In this document: piece by piece, positions 12,159 through 26,093 of the stretch
Position numbering within the stretch: the first letter of the stretch is position 1
Layout: the number at the start of each line of letters is the position of its first letter
NCBI GenBank assembly: GCA_026023565.1
Contig: JAPETS010000003.1
Coordinates: forward strand, 1,116,001-1,180,000
Origin: Cirrosporium novae-zelandiae
Lineage: Eukaryota
Length of the DNA stretch: 64,000 bases
Direction of reading: 5' to 3'
The notes under the pieces: generated by a model
What the model was told of the DNA's origin: nothing
Database searches by the model: none
What the model saw: only the letters and a program-made list of their open reading frames with translations
Position numbers and translations under genes: made by a program

Positions 12159-12829
12159 ATGTGGTGTGTTATATCCTAGTTTCCTTTGTAGCACTGAGAA
12201 GTGGCAGCATCTAATGATTACCCAAGCAAACACATTCTAAATGCCCAAGTGTCCATTCGATCACCATGCTGTATGTTATTTTCTTCGTCTAGTCATGCCA
12301 GTCCCATCTTCCATGTCACGCTAAACCTATCCAAGGTCACAAGTGGTTTGATTGCGCACAATGTCATGCCGAACAGGAAACTCATCCCCTCCTTCAGAGA
12401 TTTGACATGGTATGTCCTATCTTCTGTTCCCCTTTTTCACATCAGGTCCAGCATCTACTCACCTCAAGTAGACATTTGCCTGTAAGAAGTGCAAAAAATG
12501 CTTCAGAAAGGATGCCCAGGAATTTGAAGAGAGGTCCGTCACAGTCTGTCTTTACTTTCTAAACATACATCAATACTGAGCTCCTTCAGTGATGAATACT
12601 GCCCTCATTGCGATAACCACTTTGTCATTGAGGCCCTGACCCCCAAACCTGCCTTGAAGATCGAAGGTGAAGACGTACGAAAGGATGCTAGGTTTGTATC
12701 CACTAATTATCAGCAATATCCAAGTAAAATGTCTAACACGACAGTAGAATGCTCAAGGATCATCGGATACGTGGAGAGGAGGAACGGACGATATTCAATG
12801 TCAAGGATGCTCCGAATAAACTTGGATGA
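12159..12829 (+). CDS. Small CHY zinc-finger protein (6 coding exons)
   Basis: Spliced by eye: MCKHILNAQVSIRSPCCHKWFDCAQCHAEQETHPLLQRFDMTFACKKCKKCFRKDAQEFEESDEYCPHCDNHFVIEALTPKPALKIEGEDVRKDARMLKDHRIRGEEERTIFNVKDAPNKLG*. All five introns are GT..AG with branch points. Not recovered by the ORF track. Confidence 0.85.
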
Positions 12830-12973
12830 GTCGCATCTTACTTATGCACAGAGTACGAATTTAAATAACATGTCATTTTTATTTTTCACATGCCCAGAGC
12901 TTCATAAGTGTGAAATTACTAGTCTCCTAAAACAAGTGCTCATAGCAATAACATCTATCTCATTGCATAACGT

Positions 12974-13999
12974 CTATTGTGGTCCAGAGCCCTCCCCAGG
13001 ACCTCTAGTCAATATTGCAGCTGTTCCTGTTCCGGGGGTTCTTCCGCCCTTTTTCTTAGCAGCCTCCGCTTGTTTTTCTTGCTCGATGTTCTTGACATAA
13101 GATTCGATCTGCTCAACGGGCAGCATTTCAATTGTCTGCCCCGGAGCCATGATGGCTATCTCAATGTTCTTTGCACCAGTCTGTACAACCTCAAGAAGTG
13201 ACTTGATAGTCAGCTGTATGGTTGTCTCTCTATCCATCTCATCCTTGTGGTTGCGCTCCAGGAACTCCCGAACAGTCTTGCTTGATCGACCGATAGCGTT
13301 AGCTTTCCTATAGAAACGTTAGTTCATATATCAATCCGTAATGTAACAAGTCTTTGGCGAACCATGCAGAATAGATTCCTGATGGCTCTGTTTGGTATAG
13401 CCTTGGTGTGTTATCTCCCTTATCGAAACCAACAATCAAAGTGCTTATGCCAAAGGGTCTAACCCCCCCACTCTGAGTGTAGCGCTGCTGAACACCAGCA
13501 ATATACTTTGTGATGTATTCAATAGAGACAGGGTCTTCAACAGTAAGGCGATGTGACTGGGCTTCTAAACGAGCCTTATCGATGAGAATTCGGGCATCAG
13601 CATTTAGGCCGGCGAAGGCAAGGCAAACGTGGGAATCAATTAAACCAATTTTTGATGGTGTAATTCTTGTGTCTTGAAGCTTCATTGCTGATCGTTTCTC
13701 ACACCCCAGCACTACAATATCCTTTCCCTTAACACCAACAGCGCAAGTCCCTAGGTTCGTTAGATATGCTACAGATTGCTGTTTGAGAGAATGTGATATT
13801 AACCTCGCTTGACAGCTTCAAGAGCATATTCAACTTGGAACACATGGCCGTCGGGACTAAGGCGTATGAGTACTTGAAGTAGAAAGACATCTAAACCATA
13901 AGTAACTCACCTAAACACTATTAAACAAGTCAGCACTGAGCAGGCCTCACTTTAAACAAGTTGCTTACCAGATAGGGCTCGATCATATCCAGATGCCAT
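12974..13999 (-). CDS. PRE6: 20S proteasome subunit alpha-4
   Basis: Spliced N-terminus [94 protein letters not shown]. Confidence 0.95.
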
Positions 14000-14412
14000 G
14001 TTCACAATATAGAACGGTGCGAAGAGTTGGGTGACTTGAAGAATAATATAAAAGATAAAGTTGGATAGTTAGATAGGGGGAGAAGGAAGGACTTAAGCAG
14101 ACAATACAGAGACAATCTGGATGTCTGGATGGTAGGCACAACAGAATCGACTCTTTCCTTGGTGTTCAGTCTGGTTGAATAGACGCGTTGAGCTTGACTG
14201 CCTGAGTTCGGGCACTAGCCTCATCCAGCACACAGCTTCCACTTCTACGGTTAACATTATTAGCGGGGCACAGATCAATCCGTCCCATTATCGTCAAGAA
14301 TGGGGAATCCATAGAAGAAAAAAACGGTTACTATTATTTCTTTAAAAAAGTTTTTGCAGGTGCAATTTGCTTCTATTGCCTATTCGTTTATCTATTTTTT
14401 GGAGAGAGATTC

Positions 14413-16239
14413 ATGGCTACCAATTTACGAATTGCGTCCATATGGCGCAAAGCGAGACCATTCGGAGTCCTTCATCAGCCTGCCTTGGCTGTCCGACAAT
14501 CGCAAAAGTGCAGATGGAGCTCCGTCACAACAGGATCGCATCAAGCGGAACTGGATGGGAAAAATAAATCTAGTCCAAACAGCACTGTCAAGCAGATTAA
14601 GCTAACCGCCCAATCGTAAGGTTATTTATGATTTCAATCATTCCTTCAACAATCAATTGATCCAGTAATGCAGTTATCCGGAGATCAAACGAGACTCTAA
14701 ATATGCGAAGGTCGTGTACCAACCCCGCCGTCACCTCTCACATCGCTGATTTATTACAGCTTTCCGCAGACCATATACAATTCTTCAAGGATCTCCTTGG
14801 TCCTAGTGGTGCTGTCATAGATGGAGTTACGACAGATGCGACCGAGGACCTCGAACCCTTCAATAGTGACTGGATGCGGAAATTTAGAGGCCAGACCAAG
14901 CTTGCTCTACGACCAAAGTCAACGGAAGAAGTCAGCAAGATCCTCAAATATTGCAATGACAACATGCTAGCAGTTGTCCCCCAAGGAGGCAATTCAGGTC
15001 TTGTAGGAGGGTCTGTTCCTGTCTTTGACGAGATTGTTATCAATCTCTCCCGCATGAATAATGTCCGGTCATTTGATGAAAAGTCTGGTGTACTTGTTGC
15101 TGACGCGGGTTGCATTCTTGAAGTCGTTGATAATTATCTAGCGGGAAAGAATTATATCTTCCCTCTTGATCTTGGTGCCAAAGGCTCTTGTCACATTGGA
15201 GGCAATATTTCAACGAATGCAGGAGGTTTACGTCTTCTCCGATATGGAAGTCTCCATGGTAACGTATTGGGAATTGAAGCAGTTCTACCCGACGGCACAA
15301 TCGTAGATGACCTTTCGACTTTGAGAAAAAACAATACTGGTTATGACTTAAAGCAATTGTTCATTGGAGGGGAAGGGACAATAGGTATTGTTACTGGAGC
15401 ATCTATAATTTGCCCGAGAAAGTCTCCAGCTGTCAATGTCGCCTATTTTGGGTTAGAGAGTTACGAAAAGGTGTGCGAGGCTTACCGGGAGGCAAGAGGT
15501 CAACTATCTGAGATTCTTTCCGCCTTCGAACTGATGGATAGAGAAAGTCAAGATATTGTGCACAGTGTGAAAGATAAGAAGCGTCCGTTAGAAGAGCAAC
15601 ATCCATTCTATGTTCTTATCGAGACAAGCGGATCAAATGCTGAGCACGACAGTGAAAAGCTCGAATCATTCCTAGAACATGTAATGTCTGAAGAAATAGT
15701 ATCAGATGGCGTTTTAGCGCAAGATGAGACCCAGGCGAAGGCTTTATGGTCCTGGCGTGAAGGGATTACTGAATGCCTCGGCCATTGGGGTGGAACATAT
15801 AAATATGATTTATCTATCCCACTTTCGGACCTCTACCAGCTTGTGGATGATACTCGCCAACATCTGTCTTCCCTGGGATTGGTTGGAGACGATGAGAGCC
15901 ATCCTGTCGTCAGCGTTGTGGGCTATGGTCACATGGGTGATTCAAACTTGCATCTCAACATACCTACGAGACGATTTGATAAGTCGGTAGAGAAGGCATT
16001 AGAACCATGGGTATTTGAATGGGTAGCTAAGAGAAAGGGAAGCATTTCTGCTGAGCACGGCCTTGGGCTTACCAAGAAGCCCTTTATATCATACAGCCGA
16101 AGTGAAACGATGATCCGGTTAATGAAACAGATCAAAACCCTTTACGATCCAGTAAGTGTTTATTATTACAATCTTGAATTTGGGTAATTCTAACAAGAGC
16201 GTGCAGAATGGAATTATGAATCCTTATAAGTATATATAA
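14413..16239 (+). CDS. DLD2: Mitochondrial D-lactate / D-2-hydroxyglutarate dehydrogenase (FAD-linked oxidase, Dld2/Aip2-like)
   Basis: Basic presequence-like exon 1 (MATNLRIASIWRKARPF), VPQGGNSGLVGGSVP, LRKNNTGYDLKQLFIGGEGTIG, GHMGDSNLHLN, SISAEHGLG; last exon NGIMNPYKYI* ends at 16239. Confidence 0.92.
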
Positions 16240-17069
16240 CGTGGGGATACCCTAGTGATCAAAGTGCACAGAGCTTTTTTTTTCGGGACTGGGTTGTTGT
16301 ATACACAATGCTGGTGAAAATCTGTTGTTTAATGACGTATTGGTGTCAGGGGACACGAATCTTGGATAGCCCTGTTGGTAGCATGTGAATAATATGTTCA
16401 TATCTACAATGCAGTGGAGCTAGAATGTGATGGATGCCTTTTTGTATGGTTAAATGAAGGAGGAACCTGGGAAGATGACCTTTGCGCTCCAGGAATAGGA
16501 TCCCAAAATAGAAATGCCTTACAATGGGGTTTGTGTTCCAGAAAGTTAGAAAGCTAGAAAACGAGGGGCGCTGGGGGATATGCAGACCGGATGCAGGTAC
16601 TAAGCTACCTAGGTCCTTAGTCAATCCCAGAATAATTGTTAACAGACAAGGATGGCACACGCCTGACGGAATAAACGAAACTCACAAATTCGGGTTTTTT
16701 AATACTATTTTTTTATAAATAATTATTTTGCTGTAAATATGACAACATGAGAATAATATCCTAGTAATTAATTCTTCGGCCATTGGTCTTTGGAATTAAT
16801 AATTCAGTAAAAAAGTGGTGAGAAAGCCAGTTTGTGAGGTGTCGTTAGGTTGATTTTCTTTGGTGGTCGCTATGGGGCATTGCGGGTTGCTAGGGACAGG
16901 GGTTTTCGTTTGTACCCAACACAGATCGAGAAATTGGGGCTGACACTTTTGATGATAATATCTCCTCCCCCAATTCTCAATCCTCAATTCCAAAACCCCC
17001 AACTCTACCGTCAAATCCTAAAAACTTCACCGGCACTGTGCTCCTTCTCTTATTCCACTCAAGTTCAAG

Positions 17070-19085
17070 ATGGCGGCGCAATATGAAGTGCTGGAAGAGC
17101 TCGGAAGTAACCATCTCCCTCCGCGCATTGACCGACCTCTCCAGAGCTGACGTAGTTTCAGGTGGCAGTTTCGGGGTTGTGTACAAAGCAATTGAAAAGT
17201 CCACTGGAGAATTGGTTGCAATAAAACATGTGAGCTTAGCTATATAATGTATTTAAACTATCTTCCATCTAACAGTTGGTCTAGATCGATCTCGAGTCCA
17301 GCGAAGATGATATCCAGGAGATTCAACAAGAGATTTCGGTTCTTAGTACTTGTGCTAGTCCGTTCGTTACACAGTACAAGACAAGTTTCCTCCGTGGGAG
17401 TAAGCTATGGATTGTTATGGAATACTTAGGAGGGGGTTCATGTCTTGATCTGGTAATTCACTGGTGACTATGTCTTTTTGCGCATGGCTGACGTCCCTAG
17501 CTCAAACCTGGTCCCTTAAACGAGAAACATATTGCTATCATTATGCGCGAGCTTCTAAATGGCTTGGACTACCTACACCAAGAGGGGAAGATTCACAGAG
17601 ATATTAAGGCCGCCAATGTTTTGTTGTCGCAATCAGGCAAAGTCAAACTGGCCGATTTCGGTGTCGCCGCGCAACTGACAAACATCAAGTCGCAACGAAA
17701 TACATTTGTAGGAACACCCTTCTGGATGGCCCCGGAGGTCATCCAGCAAGCAGGATATGATTTCAAGGCCGACATATGGTCACTTGGGATTACTGCCATG
17801 GAATTGGCAAATGGTGAACCTCCTAATGCCTGTACGCATCCGATGAAGGTCCTTTTCTTGATACCAAAGGCACCAGCCCCACGACTCGATCCAAATAATC
17901 ATAGTAAAGAGTTTAGAGAGTTTGTGGCGCAATGCTTGATCAAGGATCCAGACCGGAGAGCAACAGCCAGGGAGCTATTGAAATGCAAGTTCATTAGAGG
18001 AGCCGGTAGTGTCGACTCCTTGCAGGAATTGATCCAACGCCGACAAGAATGGGATGATGGAACCGAAAAGCCTAGGCACCCAAGATACTACGAGGAAACC
18101 TTGTAAGTTGGAGGCATTCCTCCTTCCTGAGGGTTTACTGACTGTGCAACAGGCACACAATGTCGCCCAAGTCAGAAGATGATGATTGGGTATTTGATAC
18201 GATCAAAGCCACAACAGCCGTGTCAAATACGCAGAAGCGCAGGAAACCTATAGTTAATCGTCGGGAATCCCTTGAGCCACCCGTGAACATGATGCAGGAT
18301 TTTAGCTTCGATGAGAATGGGGCCTCTGGAAATGGGGCCTATTCAACAATGCGCAAAATCAATGAGGATAAACCATCACCAGCTACCCGGAGAATGTCCG
18401 CAGCCAGAAGACAATCTGGTATACAAAAACAACCACTCGCTCCGAGCATGAGTTTTGGAAATGATGGGTCGTCACTGCGACCGTTTCGTCGAGTATCGGG
18501 GGGGGAAGATTCTATGTATCCCGCAACAGATGAGAATTCGGCTCCGGACTCTGAACCACTCACAAAAGAGGGGATGCTGGGACAGAGAGTGTTCAGTAAA
18601 ATTATTGATCCTGCACTCCAGAACATGTATGCGAACACCAGTTCGCGCGACAAGGGACACGCTCTTGCAAGGGTTGCTGAAGCCTGGAGTATATTGGATT
18701 CGACAGATCCTGAAGGGGAATATCTTCTATTAAAACTTATGGTGGAGAAGATCCAAAGGTAAGTAACTTCCCCGTAATTGGAGAAGCTGGATGAAAACTA
18801 AGAGCAATCAGTGATCCCAAATTATCAGCAGCACTATTACCTCCATCTCCACCGGCCAAGTCACCCCCAAAACAGAAACTTGTCCTTGCACAGAACAATC
18901 CACATCTCAAGAACCATCGACGACGGCAGTCAACACAGATGCCCAGTGGTGAGAGCAAGGTCGCCGAACCTCTTGAGTGTTTACCTGGTTTATCAACACC
19001 GGGGATGGAACACACAAAGCAATTAGCAGATGTACTATACGAACGATGGAGTTCCGGTCTCAAAAACCGCTGGCCGGCTGTATGA
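17070..19085 (+). CDS. STE20/GCK-family Ser/Thr kinase, probably Sid1/SepL-like
   Basis: Spliced [67 protein letters not shown]-terminal exon [27 protein letters not shown]. Confidence 0.85.
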
Positions 19086-19901
19086 CGCATGAGGCAATCA
19101 TGGTGTTCCTTTGATTATGCTGGGTTTTGCTTAAGGGTTTTTTTGCTCCTTTCATTTTTTTTCTTTGCACATTACTAGGTTCGGTACGGAGGACAATTGG
19201 AAATAAGGACTCTGGAGACTTGGATGAGTTTGGCACGACTACTGGAGTTGTTTTCGATATGAACAGGAGCAATCTGGTAGGCATCGTTGTTGTTTTTTTC
19301 TCTTTATTTTTTCTCAGGTAGATAGTGTAAGGTACTCTGGAAATGACAAAGAGATCAAATTATCGAGTACAATTTACCTAGGTACCTAGGCAACTAGATA
19401 AGACCAGGGCCATGGGTGTTATAACCACGGCAAATTTGGTTGAACGGGGTTTGTTGCTTGTTGCGCGTCCATGGGTACGAAACCCCCTGTCAGTCAGAAA
19501 CAGCCGTCTGCCCCTACGTGCCCCTAACTTTATTTAGATCAGCGAAATGTTGAGATAATTAAGGACCACAAGGACCTTCTCCCTAGGATCTCCTAGGTAC
19601 CCCTTCAGGTCCTCTCTGTAATTATTTATTTATTCTTTTCTTACTTGTTTCCTTTCATTATTATTACCACTACTACTATTCGCCTTCATTCCTCTTCCTC
19701 ATTTTGAATGCATGGATGAGTGAAGGCAGGAATGAGTGTTTCGCCTTCGATTGTTTGGTCTTTGCTAAATCAATGCCGTTCTTTGTCGATAACAAAACTT
19801 TGATCCACAACTCTGAGTTATGCGTGCAATCGGATATTAGATTTACACAATTACACCGCCAACGCACCCAATTTCTTCCTGATTACAATTGATTTAACCC
19901 G

Positions 19902-21461
19902 ATGGATTCACCTCGACTCCCCCCCATGGCTGCTCCTGATCGATCTCGACGTCGAGCTCTAGGCCACGCCTCTCGTCTATCACTCAACTTTCCCATTCAA
20001 ACATCGGATTATGCTCATAGTTCCACCCAGTCTTCGGCTCCGGGCACTCCTATCCTCAGAAACAGTACTCCGTCATCACCAAACCGATTTCCCATTGTTC
20101 CTTCAGAGACGACTGATTTTCTGACGGTTCTAGCTGCTCAGGAAAGAAGAGTGTTGGAATTGAAGGAAGAGCTCTCTAAGGCCGAAAGTGATTTGGAGAA
20201 GCTGCAAAAACAATGGGCTGCCCACGAAGCTACAAGGAACCGACGTGAGATACGACGCTCGGAGCCTATGCGTCCTCTGAGTATGAGCAGTGTCAGGTTT
20301 GAAGAGACAAGTGAAGATGAGTCTGTCTCTGTACGGCTGAGCCTTGAAAAGGAAAGACGGCGATTGATGCGTGCATCAACCCATCCTGCACAGAGAAAGG
20401 TTTTTTCCGGTGGCCGCCATACAAGAGCATTATCATTGTTATCCCCTACAACTAGTTCATCCAACAATAGTTTATCACAGTCTTCGCTCAGTGGTATTGA
20501 GCCCCCTATGACAGCAAGGAGTGTATCATCGATGTCATCACCGCAGCTACAACCTCGATCTCTTGCCATGAAAAATCTTGAAAACAACACTTCACATAAG
20601 CTAAAGGACAATGATCAAGTCTCTGAATTAGCTCGGGATGCGCTACTACGGACTGGAAAACGTATGGCGGTTGATATCAAAGCTGGACTCTGGACATTTA
20701 TCGAGGATCTAAGACAAGCTACTGTCGGCGATGAAGGGGTGAATGCTACAGAACCAAGAGCAGTGGGAGGGTCAGGCGCCTCGAGACGACAGGTATCCCA
20801 CGATCGAAGCGGCAGGCAGGGTCTGGCAAGGAATGCTTCCCGCGAGAGTATCAACTCTGCAAAGCGAGCCGTCGACATAAAGCAAGCCAGGAGAGCTTCA
20901 GGAAATGCGTTAAATTCTACGAATTCGCGCGGAAGCAGCGCCTCGGGTCAGCCCCGAAGACGACCCAAATCAGCTTTTATTGAGGTCGATGGTTCGTTCT
21001 GGGAGGAATATGGGGTCCAGGAGAAAGGTCGGAATACTGTACGTCGCGAAGAATCCCCACCTACAGCCGATATGGAAGACGATTGGGATAACTGGGACTC
21101 ACCGAATACAAAAGTCTCGTCGTCGCGAGGGAGTAGCGCAGATTACAAAAACTCGCCAATGACGGCTGCCACGAGCCGTCGAACAAGTAACAGGTATACT
21201 AAAAATTTTGTATGCTAAAAATAGGGGCATTTACATTAATACTCAGCTAGTTCAATTGATATACCACGATCCACCAAACATATGAGCTTGATCATGACGG
21301 ATCCCATACCTTGGCCGTCGTTATCCAAGATCTCACCTTTGACGCTTACGAGAACGGCATCAAACTTGATGGCGGAATGGGAAAAGAGCTTGTCCCCTCC
21401 ACCAGAGCCCAAGGAGAACGGGTATTTCTTTCCTACTGGGAAGTGCCAGAAGGGGGATTGA
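19902..21461 (+). CDS. Coiled-coil protein, DUF4048/Tda11-like
   Basis: DFLTVLAAQERRVLELKEEL coiled coil and GLWTFIEDLRQATVGDEG motif. One intron (~21194-21250), then IPWPSLSK..TASNLMAEWEKSL..KGD*. Confidence 0.7.
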
Positions 21462-22014
21462 GCGTGTACGAGTTGGGGTTGCTGGCGTTTTGAGGTTTCG
21501 TCTGGGATGGATGGGTTCTTTTAATTTTTAGATGACAAGGCACGGACAGCGCTTGCTTTTAGAAGCCTTGTATTTGTTGGTTTCTGGTCGCTGGATTTGA
21601 AATCGCCCGCATAGATCATGATGGGCAATTATGACTCTTATGCAATTGACAGGACAGGTCTTAGAGGAATATATCTTGGGAGAAGTCTAAATATAATCAT
21701 CTCAATAGCCATGAGAAGGCTCCAACCAAACTATGAATTGAAATTTTAATATTGGAGTCTTGAACGTTGATCTTAATAAATATGTATGTAGCCCTAGCAG
21801 GACTACTTCACGTAAAGTGTTGTCATGATTACATGTAATTATTAAGAAAATACGAACATTGCGTTCGCAGTTATTCTACTTGGAAACTTTTCTTTATTAC
21901 AAGCCCTTCCACACTTTACTCTCCACTCTCTTCTAGTCCGCCCCCAATTTCTTTCATTCTTTTCTTCCCTATTACCTCCTCTAGGGTTGTAACATATTCT
22001 TGGCCACATAAAAT

Positions 22015-23265
22015 ATGTTTCGACGATCCATCCGGCGGTTTGGAACAACCGCCTATCGCAGTGCGCAAGCAGCTACGAATACAGCCGAGGCGGAAAGCCG
22101 CTGCAGGATTCAGCTGGCCAAAATTCAAGGCTATGTCCCAGGGCTCGTTGGAGGTAGGTTCCCTATATTTACCATATATACATACATTCACCCCTCTCTC
22201 CCAGTCTCCCCCGCCTCAACCCCTCCCCCAAAAATCAAAATAAACTAACAGCGCAGCTCAACCTTAGCAATTGGAAACACGCCTTTAATCCGTCTAAACC
22301 GACTCTCCTCAGAAACCGGCTGTACGATCCTAGGCAAAGCCGAATTCCAAAACCCCGGGGGCTCCGTCAAAGACCGCGCAGCGCTCTACGTAGTCAAAGA
22401 TGCAGAAGAGCGGGGATTACTCCTCCCGGGCGGAACAGTGGTTGAAGGCACGGCGGGGAACACGGGTATCGGCCTCGCACACGTCTGCCGCTCCAAGGGC
22501 TACAAGCTAGTCATCTACATGCCGAACACGCAATCGCAAGGGAAAGTTGACCTCCTCCGGCTCCTAGGCGCAGAGGTATACCCGGTCCCCGCAGTGGCAT
22601 TCGACAATCCGGAAAACTACAATCACCAGGCCAAACGGCACGCAGAGCGTCTAGACAACGCCGTCTGGACCAACCAGTTTGACAACATTGCCAACCGCCG
22701 CGCGCACATCGAGACTACGGGGCCTGAAATCTGGCACCAGACAGGTGGGAAAATCGATGCCTTTACTTGCGCCACCGGCACCGGTGGCACCTTCGCCGGG
22801 ACTACACGGTTTTTAAAAGACATCAGTAATGGGCGTGTGAAGGCGTTTCTTGCGGATCCCCCCGGGAGCGTTCTCTATAGCTACTTCACGAGCGGGGGCA
22901 CCCTAACGGAACGCAGCGGTTCTAGCATCACCGAGGGGATCGGCCAGGGGAGGATCACAGACAACCTAAAGCCGGATGTCGGGCTCGTGGATGGCGCGTT
23001 GCATATATCCGATGAGAAAAGCATAGAGATGGTGTATCGGTGTCTAGATGAGGAAGGGCTGTACCTGGGCGCCAGCTCGTGCTTAAATGTTGTGGCGGCC
23101 AAGGAGGTTGCGGAGAAGCTAGGGAAGGGGTCCACGGTCGTGACCGTGCTTTGCGACGGCGCGTATCGGTATGCCGAGAGGCTGTTTTCGAGAAAGTGGC
23201 TCGAGGAGAAGGGCCTGCTGAGCGCGGTGCCGGAGCGGCTGAGGAAGTATATTGTTTTGCCTTAG
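22015..23265 (+). CDS. cysB: Cysteine synthase (O-acetylserine sulfhydrylase), PLP-dependent, with presequence
   Basis: Exon 1 [14 protein letters not shown], intron ~22154-22267, [29 protein letters not shown] (PLP lysine), [29 protein letters not shown]. Confidence 0.92.
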
Positions 23266-24459
23266 ATGGGTAGAGTGTATGTATAGATATGGTTGTGGGT
23301 TATAGATATTTGATCTATTGGTTTGGTATTGCTTTGCTTTTTTTGTTCCCTTCTCGATATAAGTGCTACACAGTACGCAGCAGCTAAGCCGCCATTCACA
23401 CCTCCTACAATTAAAACAAAAAACACTAGACTAACAAACCCGAATTGTATACACATCAATACCACATACATACATACATACCCAGACACGTACCAAAAAT
23501 ACTACAATATATCCATATCTACCTACCTAGGTAGGCACTTTTTCTTTTTCTTTCCCACGACTCAACCAACCAAAAAAAAGTTTCACCTTCCCGATTAACA
23601 ATTTAGATACCACACACAGTACCTAACTACAACCAATCCAATTCAATCAATCTATTCCTTTTCCCATTCCTTTTTCTTTTCTTTTTCTTGTTCCTTCCCT
23701 CGTACTTAGTACCTAATTACCCACCTACCACCTCCCACCTCACATCACCTCGCTTCAATGCCGCCGTCATGATTCACGATTCACAACGGTTGGGTTGGGT
23801 TGGACCCCTCCCTCTCGTGCTTATCCCCCCACCTGACGTCATAGATGGAAATGAATGGAGTATTAGATATGGGATGTAGAGAGTGGGAAGTACATGTATT
23901 GAGGGATGGAGATTGTGACGAGAAGGTTTAACCAATTAATTAATTGATTTGGGCTACATACGGACTACATGTGCTACAGCATGTATATGGATATGTACAT
24001 GTATAGTTTATGTGGTATGTAGTGCGTGGTGAGAGGTGTACGAGTGAGTACTTTCCTTCAGAATCAGACAGCATAGCTATCGCTATCCTGTTACATGTGC
24101 CTTTCTTTCTTTCTTACTTACTTCCACAGTACTAGCTATAGTTTATAGTCTATGGTCTTATTTCTCCGTGCCACCTACCTACCCATCTACGCTACTATAT
24201 TCTTTCTTCCTCTTCGCCCTTCTCGTTTCGACAAGCTCTATCCAACTAATTAACTAGGTATACATTTATAGAAAACCCTTATTTATCCTACCACCCAACC
24301 ATCTGTTGTGTGTCCTACTTTTTTGGGCAATTGAGGAAAAGAAAAACAGAGAGAGAGGGAGAGATATTATCAACTTCCTTCTTTTTGTGGAGGTATTTAT
24401 ATTTGAGGGGAGAGTATTTTTGGTATATTGTTATTTATTGTGTAGGTGGGATTGGAGAA

Positions 24460-25790
24460 ATGGTTGTGGTATGTATGTTGGTTGTTTATGTTATGGACGG
24501 AGAGATTTTATATACATTATATCCAAGCAACTCTCTCCCCCTTCTCTTCCTCATCATCACTGTCCGAAAACCAAACCAAACTAACCCCACCCCCCCTCCC
24601 AGCTTAAAACTGAATACACCCTCACCAACCCGCTAAACCGCGAACCGCCCCTCACAGACCTAGTTTCAAACTTCCTCACCAAAAAAGGCCCCGCCTACAA
24701 CCGAAACCACAGCCCGATCCCGCACATCGACGCTTCCACCCACCACGTGCAAGTCACAGGCCTCATCTCCCAACCCCTCTCCCTTTCCATCACACAACTA
24801 AAGTATGATTTCCCCCAGCATGAGGTGGCATGCGCGTTGCAGTGTGCGGGGAATCGGAGACACACAATGCGCACGACGCTAAAGGAGGTGAGTGGGATTG
24901 ATTGGGGGGATGGCGCCGTCATGAATTGTGTTTGGAGGGGACCAAAACTGAGGGATGTGCTTACGAGGGCGGGAGTCGCGATGGGGGGTGCTAGGGAGGC
25001 GCATGTTGCATTTGCGAGCTTTCAGATTCCGTGTCAAGAGGAGGGATGGTATGGTGGGAGTATTACGTTGGAGAAGGCGATGCGGGGGGATGGGGATGTG
25101 ATTTTGGCTTTGGAGGTTTGTTTTTTTTTTTTTTTGCATTTTTTGGTTGGATGGGGTTGTTTTTTGTGGAGTGGATGCTGATGGGCTGTCTATTAGATGA
25201 ATGAGCATGCGCTGTCTGCCGCTCATGGTGCTCCGGTGAGGATAATTGCCCCTGGTATCGCAGGTGCGCGGTCTGTCAAGTGGCTAGATCAAATCTCTGT
25301 CCAGCTTCAGGAGTCTCAGAATTATTATCAGATTCGTGATTACAAGGTTCTACCTCCAGAGGCAACGGATGCAAAAACTGCCGAGAAGTTTTGGAAGACC
25401 ACACCCGCGCTACAGGAAATGCCTATTAATTCGGTAATTGCGTATCCGGCAGAGGACTCCAAGGTAAAGAGAGACTCCAAGGGAGCTGTTCAGGTGGGAG
25501 GGTATGCACTTCCGCAGGGAGACCAGGGTCCGGTGACCAAGGTTGAGATTTCGGTTGATGATGGAAGGACATGGCAGGCTGCACAGCTCATAACTGAGCC
25601 AAGGTACCAGTCGAAGTGGTGTTGGGTGCTATGGAAAGCTACCGTCAAGATGAGTTCAGGGAGCAGTAGAAGATTCCTGAGTAGGGCTATAGATGCAGGA
25701 GGCAATGTTCAAACTGCTCATCCAAAGTGGAACTTTCGAGGTGTGGCTTATAATGGATATGGGGAGTCGAAGAAAATTACGATTCTTTAA
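24460..25790 (+). CDS. Sulfite oxidase-family molybdopterin oxidoreductase (Moco and dimerisation domains, no cytochrome b5 domain seen)
   Basis: PLNREPP, YNRNH, LQCAGNRR (Mo-ligating Cys), HGAPVR..PGIAGARSVKWL, SKWCWVLW. Acceptor at 24602 and intron ~25115-25196. The ATGGTTGTG mini first exon at 24460 is tentative. Confidence 0.85.
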
Positions 25791-26093
25791 TGGGTGAACG
25801 TGACGATAGGACTCTTAGGAAAAGTACCGAGTAATGAATTACGAACGACTTCACGCGAGACGGCCGAAATTATTTATCGTTATCGAGCTGTAATGTTTAT
25901 TTAGTTATGGGTATCTGGGAGTATGACCACGAGTGCTTGTCGCCTAAGAATGTTTTTCTTTCAGTTCTGTTTTGATCTAGGCCCCTCATTGTGGTCATTG
26001 ACGAGCCACTGGAAAGAGAATAAAAGTCATTCTTCATGTAAATACGCCTCTCTTTGGTTTTTCTATTCTCGTATCTGTTGATTAGTCTCGTGC

